A stretch of DNA of 64,000 nt. It comes from Azolla caroliniana. Lineage: Eukaryota > Plantae > Polypodiophyta. The translations under genes were made by a program, and so were the position numbers. The notes under the pieces are model-generated. The model saw only the letters and a list, made by a program, of their open reading frames with translations, did no database searches and was not told the origin of the DNA. This document shows, piece by piece, positions 13,380 through 26,300 of the stretch. The stretch's first letter is position 1, and the number at the start of each line of letters is the position of its first letter. The stretch lies in contig JBHGNT010000014.1 in NCBI GenBank assembly GCA_043228905.1, forward strand, positions 10,416,001 to 10,480,000, written 5' to 3'.

Positions 13380-14310
13380 TAGCACGTGATGACCCATGGG
13401 ACTATAGATACCTCAATTTTGAGGGGTTAGAACTAAATGATGTTGCGTAAGGTATTGATGTTATATTTTTGCCTGAAACTTGGGTGCATGCTGCAGAACG
13501 CATACCTAAGATAAATGACTATCTCATAAAATCGATATGGCCTCACTCCAAAGAGAATATTGGACGTGCATGGATAGCATGTATTTACAATGAGAAATTC
13601 GATAATTATATAAGATTATGTAAGTATGATGATTATAAGTGATACATATGGATAAACATTAATTTGGGGAAAGAGGACTTCTACGTAACCGCATGCTACA
13701 TTCCTCATAAAGAGTCAAACTACTCTAGTAGATTTGGGTTGGAACGTGATGACATGCTACATGGCCTCGTTTCATAGGTTTATGTCAAGACATACTTTCT
13801 TTTGAGAAACTTGAGAAACTTGGGAAAGTAATGATTATGGGAAACTTTAATGCTAAAGTTGGAAAATACCAATATGGAGATATCAGAAGAAAATAGTGGA
13901 TCCTTGTCAATTACGTGACTCAAAGGATTGCATTGTGACGGAACGGATTATGGAAGAATTCTTATGCATATGCTTGATTGCACAAACTTGATTATCTTAT
14001 ATGGTATAAATGTTTTTCCTTTGATAAATGTACTCAAGTGGAGGAAGTGTAGTAGATTATGTATTTATGAAGGCATGTGATCTATCCATGGTGAATGCAT
14101 TTAAGATTGGTCTCTATCTCTAGACTTGGACAATAAGCCCTTGTACTTGGACCTTAAACTCTCACACTCTATCAACAAATATGGTAGACTGAAAGAGGAA
14201 AGAAGATACATCATTTATCCTTGTTACTGTAACAATAAAAGGCTATGATATATATGTAAAAGAAGTTGACAACCATTTCGCAAAACTCTCTTTAGGTAAT
14301 GATCACTTCA
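13380..14310 (+). mobile_element. Degenerate LINE ORF2 AP-endonuclease region
   Basis: Manual translation across stops and frameshifts gives DVIFLPETW, YVTACYIPH, VMIMGNFNAKVG, SVVDYVF and DNKPL, the APE domain motifs in order. Not in the ORF track. Confidence 0.75.
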
Positions 14311-14318
14311 TTTTGGAA

Positions 14319-14695
14319 TTAGTTGTACAATTAGTTTAGTACTAGAATCTATTCTATATTTAGGTAGGCTAGGACAAGCATAGTACAAATTTAGGAGACC
14401 TTTAGGTGTACAATTGGTTTAGTACTAGAATCCATTCTATATTTAGGTAGGCTAGGACAAGCATAGTACAAATTTAGGAGACCTTTAGGTGTACAGTTGG
14501 TGTAGTATTAGAATCAATCCTATATTTAGGTGAGCTAGTACTAACATAGTACACACTTCATTCTGCAACTAGTTGTACAATTGGTTTAGTAATAGTATCC
14601 ATTCTATATTTAGGTGGGCTAGTACTAGCATAGTACATGCTTCAGGACACCTTTAGGTGTACACTTGGTGTAGTACTAGAATCCATCCTATATTT
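14319..14695. repeat. Tandem repeat, ~83-bp unit, ~4.5 copies
   Basis: The tagtactagaatccattctatatttagg motif recurs at ~14338, 14421, 14504, 14587 and 14671. Confidence 0.9.
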
Positions 14696-14869
14696 TACAA
14701 GAAGATGATTCAAGCACTATATGGAGCAGAGATGAAGACTCTGAGATCGTGACTATGCCTTGCACAAAAGATGACTCTGACAACACTGCAACCACACATG
14801 AGGATTGTGAAGAAAACACCACACTCAATTTAGAAGAGGAGAACGACTATAGAAAGAATGAGGTTTCTA

Positions 14870-15310
14870 GCATTGTCCACGAGGAGGAGCACATGGGTAC
14901 TAAGAAAGAAGATGTGGACAATACCATCCAGGATGAGTTTGCAAAAAACACAACTACCAGACACGAAGAGGAGCACATGTGCACTAAGAAAGATGTGGAC
15001 AACACCATCCTAGATGAATATGTGAAAAACACTGCTACCATCCATGAAGAAAAGCACATGGGTACTGCAAAAGATATGGATGACACCATCTCGGATGTGT
15101 GAGTGAAAAACACAACTACCACCGACGAAGAGGAGCACATGGGTACTGCAAAAGATGTGGACAACACCATCCCGGATGTGTGTGTGAAAAACACAACTAC
15201 CACCCACGAAGCGGAGTACATGGGTACTAAGAAAGATGTGGACAACATCAACTAGGATGAGTCTCAGAAAATTACCAGTACCACCCACAAAGAGGAGCTG
15301 CACCAAATGA
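14870..15310 (+). repeat. Coding-like tandem repeat, 81-bp (27-codon) unit, ~5 copies; acidic peptide HEEEHMGTKKDVDNTIxDExxKNTTT with in-frame stops
   Basis: gaggagcacatgggtact-type block at ~14884, 14968, 15049, 15130 and 15211. Stops at 15100 and 15253. Confidence 0.85.
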
Positions 15311-16260
15311 GGGACAGGGAATCCAACGACACCCAGGAGGTACATGATGATATTGCTATCAACCACACCTTTCTGGATGATTGTGCATCTCATGTTGGTA
15401 TAAACAATGAAGTAGGAAACTCAAGGGGTGTGCCACTGGTTCGAGGAGGGGAACCATCCCGGGGACTCCACTATATATAAGAAGGTTGTATCATGTGCGT
15501 TCAAGACATCATTTATAAACCCATTATACGTATGTTTTTTACTATTTTAGAGGCCCTTTTGTAAAGAAAAGATTAATAAAAATACCCTCTATTACCAATA
15601 TTTTTTTTTATAACCACCCATTTTAAATGCCCTTAGATAGAAAATATACATGCACACATAGTTTCTAATCCAAGAAACCTAGAATGGATCTATGACCCTC
15701 TTTACAATTGATGACTCACAAATTTGTGAAAGAACATTAAACATCATATGCAATTTTGTAGAAATGCTTCATCAAGTACCACATAAATTGAAAACACAAC
15801 ATGTAAAGTATATAGTAATGCACAAATAATTCAAAAACATTACCCAAAAACATTAGAGGTATATAACATATAAGCCACATATAAGTTCATGTCGATAGTT
15901 TATTTAAACATATGAAGAATATGAAGTGATAAAAAAGAATGTAATTTACAAAAAAATCAATCTTGAACTTGACATACATATCTCAAACAGTACACATGGG
16001 ATAGTCCAAGTGCATATCAATAATGAAATTACTAACAAATTAACATTATGTTTGGTTTCATGGATAAACTACATTATTTTTTCCCAAATACATTGATCAA
16101 ACAAATGACAACATGTGTTATATTTCCATTTGAAATGTAAGACATCACACTATAAAAATGAGATAAAATTAATCATTTTGTTGTTCAATGTCTACTTAAA
16201 ATACTTATTACAATAAATGTTATCTTACTTAAAATACTTAAAATACTTATTACAATAAAT

Positions 16261-17322
16261 CATTAGGTTTCTTTGAATACTCGACGCGCTTGGGGAGAAA
16301 GTTAGGTTTGTATCGTGAGAAGTGTGCCAACAAGTGGACCCATGCAACTATCGATTTAGTCTTCGTGGATAGAACCAGGAGCAGGATATGGAACTCATCC
16401 CTTCCCGAGCGGATCAAAGTGTTTTTCTGGTTAATCACCCATCGGGTTGTTCCAATGGGAGAGTGGCTTGGGAATAGAGGCGGCATGAGTGGCTGCAAGG
16501 CCTATAGTGCGAGCTTGGAGGACATCGCTCATTGTTTGTGGTGTTGCCCACGAGTGCAAGAAATTTGGCTGAGGAGCTTAAGAATCTTGGCTCAGTTCGG
16601 GGTTGAGGTTCATGTATCGAGCTCAACAATCACTTGGTTGGCCACTGAATTGGCCTCGTGGTTTCAAGGGTGGAATGGAAGCACTCCTTCTTTACAGGTG
16701 ATGCAAGGATCTGTGCAACCAGCGCAAGGAGGTTTATTCTTCTTATAGGAACGCTACGTGGACATATGGGTATTAGAGGTCGGCCTTACGGTTTGGCAAG
16801 TGTGGGTATCTAGGTGCAAGGAGACTTTCGCAGGTAAACGAACCCCACCGGCTGAGAATTTAATGATGATCTGGTTTAATCTTATTGCTACGTTGCGAGA
16901 AGAGTTTGAAAGTCTTCAAGGGTCATCTGACGCAAGTGAAGAAGCTAGAGCTCGTTTCCTTCTGAAATGGAGCGGTTCGTCGATGCTGTAGATAATAGAT
17001 GGTAAAGTGAAGTGGAATTATCAACCACCACGGTGGCTGTTCCCTCTGAGTGTACCGAACATCTAGATGGGTGCTGCCATGAGGAGTGAATGGAGGACAT
17101 CTATGTTGAATTCTGTTTTGTATGAGGCTCACGGGGAGAATATGCGTCCGAGTAATGCTATACACATCGAATGATGTGGTGCTTTGGAGTTGTTTTTTTT
17201 TTTTGGTGTTTCATCTACACATATTGTTTTCCTTTGACATGCAAGATGTTGTGTAAGATATGAGTTGTAAATTATCCTTTGTACATTGCTTAACTAATGG
17301 AAGTAGTTTTTTTTTGGAAAAA
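16261..17322 (+). mobile_element. 5'-truncated L1-type LINE 3' end (zf-RVT region, 3' UTR, A-tail) with TSD aataaat
   Basis: RIWNSSLPERIKVFFWLITHR...EDIAHCLWCCP and VWQVWVSRC. A-run at 17318-17324. aataaat at 16254-16260 and 17323-17329. Confidence 0.85.
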
Positions 17323-18191
17323 AATAAATGTTATCTTCATAAAGACCAACTATAAAAATAAAAAACCCAAAGAAGCTTATTTTAGGTTATAAATTTCATG
17401 TAGTTTCTATCTTCAATGTTGGACCCCTATTATAGCCATGACATCACTCTACGCCCTCCCCACATCTTTGGTTTGTTTTATACTTTCTTTCTGAATCTCA
17501 ATAATATGACCTTTCACGGAGGATGACGCTTGTTGCTCGCTTGGTTGCTCGTTTCCTTCTGAGTAGTTCATGCAAGGCATGAGGAAAAGCAAAAGTTGCA
17601 TTTCTATCAAAATTAGTAACTCATAAATAGAATCGTCATAAAAAATACCAGAATAGTTATTAAGGATCATTGATATAGGACTTCTATATAATTGGGTCCA
17701 AACAAAGTTCTTATACTTTCTTTATGACAAAACAATCCATCTTAGCTTATGTATTTCAAACATCAATGAGTTACGGTCAAAAAAATTTCTAAATTTTATC
17801 GAAAATATATTCTTTTCCAAATTTTTGGGGGTTGCAAATTTCCTACTGTAAAATTCAAAAACCTATTTGAGAATAAGCCAAGTTATTAATGTTCATGACG
17901 TGGGACACAAGTATGTACCTACACCAATGGCCCTCATATAACTCTTATATGGTTTCTATAGATGATATATCATATCTAAGCCATCCTTGGAAAAATAATG
18001 CTTCAATTTCTCAGCTTTAGTGTTGCTACAAGACCATATGAGAACCATTGTACACTATCGATACATCAACCATATGTGTTCATATCCAAAACTATGAACA
18101 TTTATGGTAAATAATCATGAATAAATAGATCCACAACTATGAGGATTCATGATCAGTAATAAAAAAACAAATTTACATATTTAAGAACAAC

Positions 18192-18626
18192 CTGGACAAA
18201 GATGTATGTTTTCTCTCTAGCGGAATAGTTTCTACCACCATCAAACAAGCAAGCAGATAAACATGGTTGGCCACCAATGACAACTAATCGTTTTAAATAA
18301 TTCAATAGAAACCTGCTATACAAAAAGTTGGGCATATCCCCTCCACTCAAATAATCCTTGAGCATACGTAGATGATACTCGAGGATCTAATAATGGCAAT
18401 AAAAAAAGGATCTTCATAAAAATTAGAGAAGGCTCAATCAATACCATTATAATTATGAAATTATACAGTAAACCAAAGTTTATATTACCTCTCGATATAT
18501 GAGTTCCCTTACATCCTTTTTTGAAACTCTTCTCCTGTCGAATTCAAACTCCAACTTATTGATGGGTTGTGCAGCCAATTCACACTCCACCTTAGGTAAG
18601 CCCTTGAAGTAAGGATTTACTAAGGC
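18192..18626 (-). pseudogene. Group-D (TDY-type) MAP kinase gene fragment with introns
   Basis: Exon 18626-18489 (138 nt, AG/GT) encodes ALVNPYFKGLPKVECELAAQPINKLEFEFDRRRVSKKDVRELIYRE. Exon 18386-18313 (74 nt) encodes ILEYHLRMLKDYLSGGDMPNFLYS. A 5'-deleted exon ending at 18192 encodes TIPLERKHTSLSR. These match the C-terminal region of plant MPK8/9/15-20-type kinases. No catalytic-domain exons were recognised in the window. Confidence 0.85.
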
Positions 18627-18929
18627 CTTCACAAAAACTAGTAAAACTTTTAGCAATCTCTTGGACTCAAACTAGAATAAATACAAGCACAAACTCTACT
18701 TTCATATCCATCAAAGATGAAACAAGTTCAATGAGAGTGTACCTTCTTTGCAAAATAATAACTTAATTATCTCTCGGCACCTAAAGATTGCATACTGTGT
18801 GTTAAGAACATGAAATATGTATATTTAAATAGATTACTATACTGTCTAGAATATAATCGTTGGGTTGTCATGAAATACTTGTCAATCCAAAATCACATAT
18901 TTTAACCTTGCAATCAACATTTGCAAGCA

Positions 18930-19930
18930 CACGTGTGTGTGTGTGTGTGCGTGCATATGTATGTATTGTATTGTATTTCCATGTTATGTATGTGTGTACA
19001 TATTGTATTGACAATTGTATTCATTGAATTGCATGTGTATGTATTTACATATTGTATTGTAATGCATGTGTTGTATGTATGGAATGTGTGTGTGTGAATG
19101 TTCTATACATGTGCATATGTATGTATTGTATTGTATGTATGGAATGTGTGTGTGTGAATGTTCTATACATGTGCATATGTATGCATTGTATTGTATGTAT
19201 GGAATGTGTGTATATATGTGTTAGATATATGTGCGAGTATATGTTCTATACATATGCATATGCATGTATTTTATTGCATGTGTGTGTATGTATGTGTTGT
19301 TTGTGTGTGTTATATATATGTGCATATGTATGGAATGTGTGTATGCATGTAATGTGTTAGATGTGTGCGTGAGTATATGCTCTATACATGTGCATATGCA
19401 TGTCTTGTATTGCATGTGTGTGTATGTATGTGTTGTTTGTGTGTGTTATATATATGTGCATATGTATGTATTGTATTGTATGTATGGAATGTGTGTATGT
19501 ATGTGTTAGATATGTGTGTGAGTATATGTTCTATACATGTGCATATGGATATATTGTATTGCATGTGTGTATGTATGTGTTGTTTGTGTGTGTTATATAT
19601 ACGTGCATATGTATGTATTGTATTGCATGTGTATATATGTATCTGTGTATGTGTTATATGTGTGTGTGTGTGTGTGAGTATATGTTCTATACATGTGCAT
19701 ATGTATGTATTATATTGCATGTGTTTGTATGAATGTGTTGTGTGTGTGCGCGCGTGTGTGTTCTATATATGTACATATGTATGTATTGCATTGCATGTGT
19801 ACATATGTATGTGTACATATGTATGTGTACATATGTATGTGTGTGAGAGTATATATTCTATACATGTGCATATGTATGTCTTCTATTGCATGTGTGTATG
19901 CATGTATGTGTTGTGTCCGTGTGTATTTCT
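18930..19930. repeat. ~1 kb compound (TG/TA)-rich microsatellite with higher-order 60-bp and ~130-bp periodicity
   Basis: Near-identical 60-mers at 19081 and 19141, partly again at 19201. The block gttctatacatgtgcatatg recurs. Confidence 0.95.
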
Positions 19931-20333
19931 TTTACATACCTGTAATTTTTTTATGAACAGTAGTTGTGGCAGCAGCTACAGAGGATAGAGGCGACCAACG
20001 GCGGCACAACGAGGCGAGATAAGGCAGCACAACGAGGTGAGTAGAGGTGACAATGACAATACGAAGAGAACAAAGGAAGTTGCAAGGAGAGTAGAAGCAA
20101 CAAAAACGAGGAGAATAGAGGCAACAACAAAGAGGAGAACAAAGGCGACAAAACCAAGAGAGTAGAGGAGGCAACATTAGGCGGCAAAATGAAGCGACAA
20201 AACTCAAAATTAAAAAGTGTGAATGTATCAATGTTATGTTGACAATGAATATATGTATCTATGATTGAATGATATTATGAAATTTGAATGCATGAATATA
20301 TCCATACATGTATGTTGGCATGAATGTATATAT

Positions 20334-22858
20334 GGTTCTTCTGGCGGGTAGATCGGCATAATCTAGCATTAGCCGATGTCGAGGCTTTCTCGGTTGACGC
20401 GGACTTCACCTTTAAAGACCCATCACCGGTTCCCTCGGAGTCGGACTCGCGTCGGTCTAACTCGTTCCTATCCGTGCCGGAATCCGACACCTTCTTCTTC
20501 CCTTTCTCTTTGCGCGTAAGCCGTCTCCTCGGCTTCCTGCGTGGGGAATGCACGGCCGAGTCTCCACTACTCGCCGGCTCTTCATCGGACTGGTCGTACC
20601 GACTCAGTCGTCCAATCGTTCCACTCGGTCCAGTTAAACGGAGTGAAATTGGACTCTCTTCGCAGGCCTCGATTTCGGGCTCATCCGGAGGCATCACGGC
20701 CTCTCTAACCTCATCATCAGAGCTCGGATTGGAGTCGGGGTTCGGAGTCGGGGGCTGGTACCAGGACGCGGACTCGTCAAACACAACGTCGCGGATGACA
20801 CGCGCTTGTTTGGTGCGAGGGTTATCGCACTTATAACCCTTCTGCTCGTCCGAGTAACCGACCAAGATGCATTTCTCGGCCTTTGCGTCTAGCTTCCTCC
20901 TTTTCTCCTTCGGTACATGCATATACGCAATGCTACCAAGTACCCTCAAGTGTCGCAAGTTCGGCTTCATTCCGAAATATAGCTCGTGCGCCGACACTTT
21001 GTCTCCGATCCGGTTCTGGATGTATACCGCGGTCCTTACCGCCTCGGCCCAGTAGAACTTGGGCAAGCTCTTCTCCTCTAGCATTGCCTGTGCCGCTTCC
21101 ACAATTGACCGATTCTTCCTCTCGGCCATGCAGATCTGCTCCAGCGTGTATCTACAACTGAATTTGCGTCGAATTCCCATTTGTTGTAGGTAACCGTTGA
21201 ATTGACCAGAAAAGTACTCTTTCCCGCAATCCGACCGCAGGCACTTGATCTTTCGTCCCGTTTCCGTTTCCACGAACCCTTTGAGGTCTCGGAAACAGTC
21301 GAAGACTTCGCTCTTCCTCTCAATGAGGTAGATCCACGTGTGCCGCGTGTGGTCGTCGATGAAGGAGACGAAATATCGGCTCCCGCCAAGACTAACGTTT
21401 TGTGCCGGCCCCCATACATCGGAGTGTATAAGGTCGAGCTTGTTTTGGCTCCGGTTTCGCTCGTTGGGGAAAGGAAGTCAGTGTTGCTTCCCGAGCTGGC
21501 AGGCTTCACAAATTTGTGCCTTTCGGCCACTAAACTTGGGCAATCCGAACACTACCTATTTCGATTGCAGATCTTGAAGCCGCTGGTAGTTGACGTGGCC
21601 CATCCGCTTGTGCCACAAGTCGATGTCCGACTTGGATTTTTGTCCCTTCGTGAACATTGCGGTGCCGCCGTCAGTGGAATCGAGGATGAACATCCTCCGG
21701 TCTCTGCGCCCTTGCGCAATCACACGGCCTTCTTCCTCAATGAAGCACCCGAGGTGTGTAAACTGAACCTCCATCCCTTGGTCGACGATCTGTCCGACCG
21801 AGACCAAGTTCTTTGTGATTGTCGGAACGTGCAGCACGTTCATGAGTTTCCCTTTCTGCCCGACATGGCTAAGGGGAACTTCTCCGACATTCGCGATCAG
21901 ATGCGGAGTGTCGTCTCCAGTTGCGACTACTCTAGGTTGTATCGGTTTTTCAAGGTACGAGAACCACTCCTTATGGCTCGTCATGTGGTTTGACGCGCCG
22001 GAGTCTACGTACCACACCTTGTCCGATCTCGGGGTGGTCTGTTTCATTGAGTTTGCTTCGTGTCTCGTCACGAAGGCAGACTCTTCTCCGGCTCTCCCGG
22101 AGTCTTCGGCATAGTGCAATCGCTGCCAATTTCCCTTGTCGGTATGTCCGGAGCCGTTTCCGGAACCAGTTCTCTCCGAATCGGCGGGGTTCTTCTAGCA
22201 CTCACTTTCCCTGTGGCCTTTCTTGCCACAATACCAGCACTCCGCGATGACCTTCCCTTGCCGGTTCTCATCGCTTCGACTCCCCCTGTTTCCGGAGGGT
22301 CCAGAGTTGCTGTTGACATCACTTCGGTGCCTTCTTCCTTGATCTCGTCGGACGCCTCCATTGCGCGCCGATTCGCCTCATCCTCCACGTCCAGTGGGCC
22401 TATCTCCCTCCGTGTACATTATTCTGTTGTCGGTGTGCGTGCTTGTAGACGCACCCGCGTGGTTATCCTCTACCAGGAGCATTGACTGTAAGTCGAAAAA
22501 GGACGACGTATTCTCCCGGGTACACACAGCCGTTCGGAACGCTCCGAACTTCGACGCCAAACCTCCGAGACAGATCTGGACCATCTCGCTCTCCTCGATG
22601 TTCACCTCTATGGAGGCGAGGGAGTCGCAGATATCCTTGATCTTCGAGGTATAGTCCGCCACTGACAAGTGGCGTTGTCGTAGGTTGCTCAACTCCTGTC
22701 GGAGCTGAAGCTTCCTGGTTGTGGTGCTCGCGGCGAAAATCTTCTTCAGATTTTCCCACGCACCCTTCGGCGTCTTTGCATCCCGAACATAGCTCAATAG
22801 CTGTTCACCTACACACGACGCGAAGTAGTATAATACCCCGCTCGCCGATTGCTCCCAC
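20334..22858 (-). mobile_element. Ty1/copia family B internal fragment (gag-protease-integrase), no LTRs
   Basis: Gag (GAWENLKKIFAAS), CCHC knuckle, WYVDSGASNHM, LWHKRMGHV, integrase core. Truncated at both ends. Confidence 0.92.
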
Positions 22859-23300
22859 TCAAACCCACTACTAAGACCCTTCATCTTCCACTATTACACC
22901 TCTTCCCAAGCCTCCTCCTCTATTAGGATCCCTCTTCTAAGACTATCACTTCCTCTTTTCGAATTTACTTCTTCTTCCTCGTCACGCTATTTTTAGAAGC
23001 TTTTTATCTCCTATTTTTAGCTAAGACCTAGTGACCTTCTAATCGTCATATCTCCCTCATCTAAGTTCCAATTTTAGAGCTTTAAAGAGTTATAGATAGC
23101 TCTCTTTACACGCTTTCTAACCCATATTTAAACGTGATATTTGGGATACAAACGAAAGAGTTATGACCATTCCTTTTTTATTGTTTTTATGGCCCGCTTT
23201 TTCTTTTTTTACTTTTCTCTATGTGTCTTACTTTTACTTTTGACTTCTTCTTAAGGTCTTGGTTCGTGTAGCCACCAAATGTGAATTATCCATACTTTAT

Positions 23301-26300
23301 TGTAAAAAGTAACGTGCGGAAGCAAGTATGAAGACCGAACAGAAGCAAGAAAACTCAGGTTTAATGGAGAGCTTGAGCTTACGCAGTATACGCGGGAGAG
23401 ACAAAGAGAGTAGGAGAGAGAGAGGAAAAACAAGAACTATATTCAAAAAGGGTATTCAATCTCTATTCACCACACTCTATACATATGTGTGTTCAATGAA
23501 CACTTTTATACAAGTCCTAGAAGGACTGACCGAACTACTGACAATACTTCAATGCTCACTAAGAGCTCCTACACTAACTCCCAAATATATTCCTCACGGA
23601 ATATCTTTCCTAACGGCCTCCCGGTTTACGCACCGATCCAGCCCTACCTACGCACCGGTCTGCGTACCGGTTTACGCATTCGGCCTAACCGATCGGTCCC
23701 AACCGATCCGGTCCTCGGCTTCTTCAGCCGATCCGGCGGATGTTGAGCTTGTCTCTCAACACTCCCCCTCAAGCTCAACTTGAGGCTCTTCGGGATCTTC
23801 GGGCTCACAGCTCTGGTTCCTCCTGGCTTCACGCCTCGCTCGCGCTCCACGACCTGTTCGACTCCGCGCGCTTCGACCCTTCCGGTCGGCTTGTCTGCTC
23901 ATGTGGCCCTCATCAGCTCTTCTGCTGTTGTGGTGTTGACGCTTCTTCTGCTGCCTTTTCTTCCGCTTGGGCCTCGGTTGATTCAACGTATCTGAATCAA
24001 ACATCCGAACCGACTCGGCTACCTCCGATCGGTTTTCGCTCTCGTCCGAGTTGGCTGTCTCCAACTCGTCTTCGGTCTTCTCGCCCTCGGTGGCGTCATC
24101 TTCCCCATGCGTGGTTGGCTTCGGCTCTCTCCTTCGGTTGCTCCCCTTTTGTCCGCTTCCGGACTTTTCCGCGGGTCCGCCCTCGGCTTCTTCAGCCGAT
24201 TCGAAGTCGAAGTCGACAACCGAGTCAACCGACTCGGTGGTGTCGCGGTCTCCGCTCCTTTCCTGCTGCCTTGCTTGGTCATTCGGAACTGTTCTCCCCC
24301 TCAAGTTTGGCACGTCGAGGTGACGTAATCCGAGCGCACCTGAGAATTGCCGCAACTTGTCCAGACCAAGAGGCTTGGTGAAGATGTCGGCAGTCTGCTG
24401 ATCTGTCGGAACGTACTGAAGTTCGACTTCACCGGAAAGGACACGCTCACGGACGAAATGGTAATGCACCTCAATGTGCTTGGTCCGGGCATGGAAAACG
24501 GAGTTTTTCGCAAGCTGGATGCTGCTGAGGTTGTCGTAGTAGATCGTCGTCGGATCTGACACCTCCTCTTGCAGGTCCTTAAGTAGCTGCTCCTCGGTAC
24601 TCAGCTTCGGTGCTCGACAGTGCAACTGTCGGCTGCTTCTTACTGCTCCACGCGATCGCGGCACTCCCGAGGGAGAACGCGTATCCAGACGTGGATCGAC
24701 GATTGGCGGCGTTGCCAGCCCAATCAACATCGGTGTAGCCGACTAACTGCGCGACTGCACCGGTCCGATATAGCAATCCCCGGTCCTTAGTGCCGCTGAC
24801 ATATCGAAGTATGCGTTGCGCACACTGAAGGTGCTCCTCGGTAGGTCGCGCCATGAACTGACTGATCTCTCCGACCTGATAACTGAGGTCGGGTCGGGTG
24901 ATGGTCAAGTATATGAGGCTTCCGACAATTTGTCGGAACCTCGTCGGGTCGCATACCTTTCCCGTATCGGGACGAAGCTTGACGGTTCTGTCCAGAGGAG
25001 TCGAGACGAACTTACAGTCGGCCATCCCGAGTAATGACGTTGGCTGATTAGTATGCCTTCGGGGGTGCGGATCACTTTGATCCCGAGGAAGTAATGAAGG
25101 TCCCCTAGATGCTTCATGTCGAACGATGCCGCAAGCTGGAACTTCACGTGGTTGATTTCACCTAGGTCGGCGCCAGTGATGACCAAGTCATCAACATATA
25201 GTAAAATACTAACCGGTCCGAGTCGACCTTTCCGGATGAACAAGGAAGAGTCCGATTTTGACGTGACGAAGCCCATCCGACGCAGTTGTTGCGTGATCTT
25301 CGCGTTCCAGGCACGCGGGGCTTGCTTCAGTCCGTAAAGGGACTTCTTCAGTCCGCATACTACCGAGGAGTTCGTTCCGGAGTGAAATCCAGGGGGCTGT
25401 ACCATGTATACTTGTTCCTCAAGGTCACCTTGCAGGAACACATTCTTTACATCCATCTGATGTAAGTGCCACCCCTTCGCCGCAGCTACTGCGAGCAAAA
25501 CACGGACGGTCATCATTTTCACGCCTGGCGCAAACGTCTCATCGTAGTCGATGCCGTGTTTCTGTGCGTAGCCCTTTGCCACTAGTCGAGCCTTGTACCG
25601 GTTGACCGAGCCATCGGTGTTGTACTTGACCTTGTACACCCACCTACACCCGATCGGTTTTACCCCTGTTGGTGCGTCAACCAAGTCCCAGGTCTCGTTC
25701 TCAGCCAATGCGTGCATCTCTTCCTCCATCGCGGCACTCCAATTCGCGTCTTTAGCCGCTTCTGCGTAGCTCTCTGGCTCACGCACTTCCGCTACACAGG
25801 TCATGTACGCATAATGATGCGCCATGTACTTGTTGTATTCGAACCGCAAAACAGGGTTCTTCAGGCGGGTCGATCGGTGTAATCTCACACTAGCCGATGT
25901 CGAGGCCTTCTTGGTCGACGCGGACTTCACCTTTAAAGACCCGTCACCGGTTCCCTCGGAGTCGGACTCGCGTCAGTCTGACTCGTTCCTATCTGTGCCG
26001 GAATCCGACACCTTCTTCTTCCCTTTCTCTCTGTGTGTAAGCCATCTCCTCGGCTTCCTGCGCGGGGAATGCACGACCGAGTCTCCACTACTCGCCGGCT
26101 CTTCATCGGACTGATCGTACCGACTCAGTCGTCCAATCGGTCCACTTAAACGGAGTGAAATCAGACTCTCTTCGCGGGTCTCAATTTCGGGCTCATCCGG
26201 AGGCATCTCGGCCTCTCTGACCTCATCGTCAGAGCTCGGATTGGAGTCGGGATTCAGAGTCGGGGGCTGGTACCAGGATGCGGACTCATCAAACACAACG

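Noticed and set aside
17449-17670. Further MAPK C-terminal exon
   Set aside because: Correct strand and position, but no conserved motif or clear splice sites.
19052-19988. Cys/Val/Tyr-rich ORFs
   Set aside because: Translation artefacts of the TG/TA microsatellite.
21202-21993. Conserved 263-aa plus-strand ORF (also 26943-27734 and 50392-51183) as an antisense gene
   Set aside because: Shadow frame of GC-rich copia pol in near-identical copies. It is broken by a stop in the third copy and has no recognisable domain.
22859-23300. Possible DNA-transposon remnant
   Set aside because: No termini, TSD or coding motif could be established.
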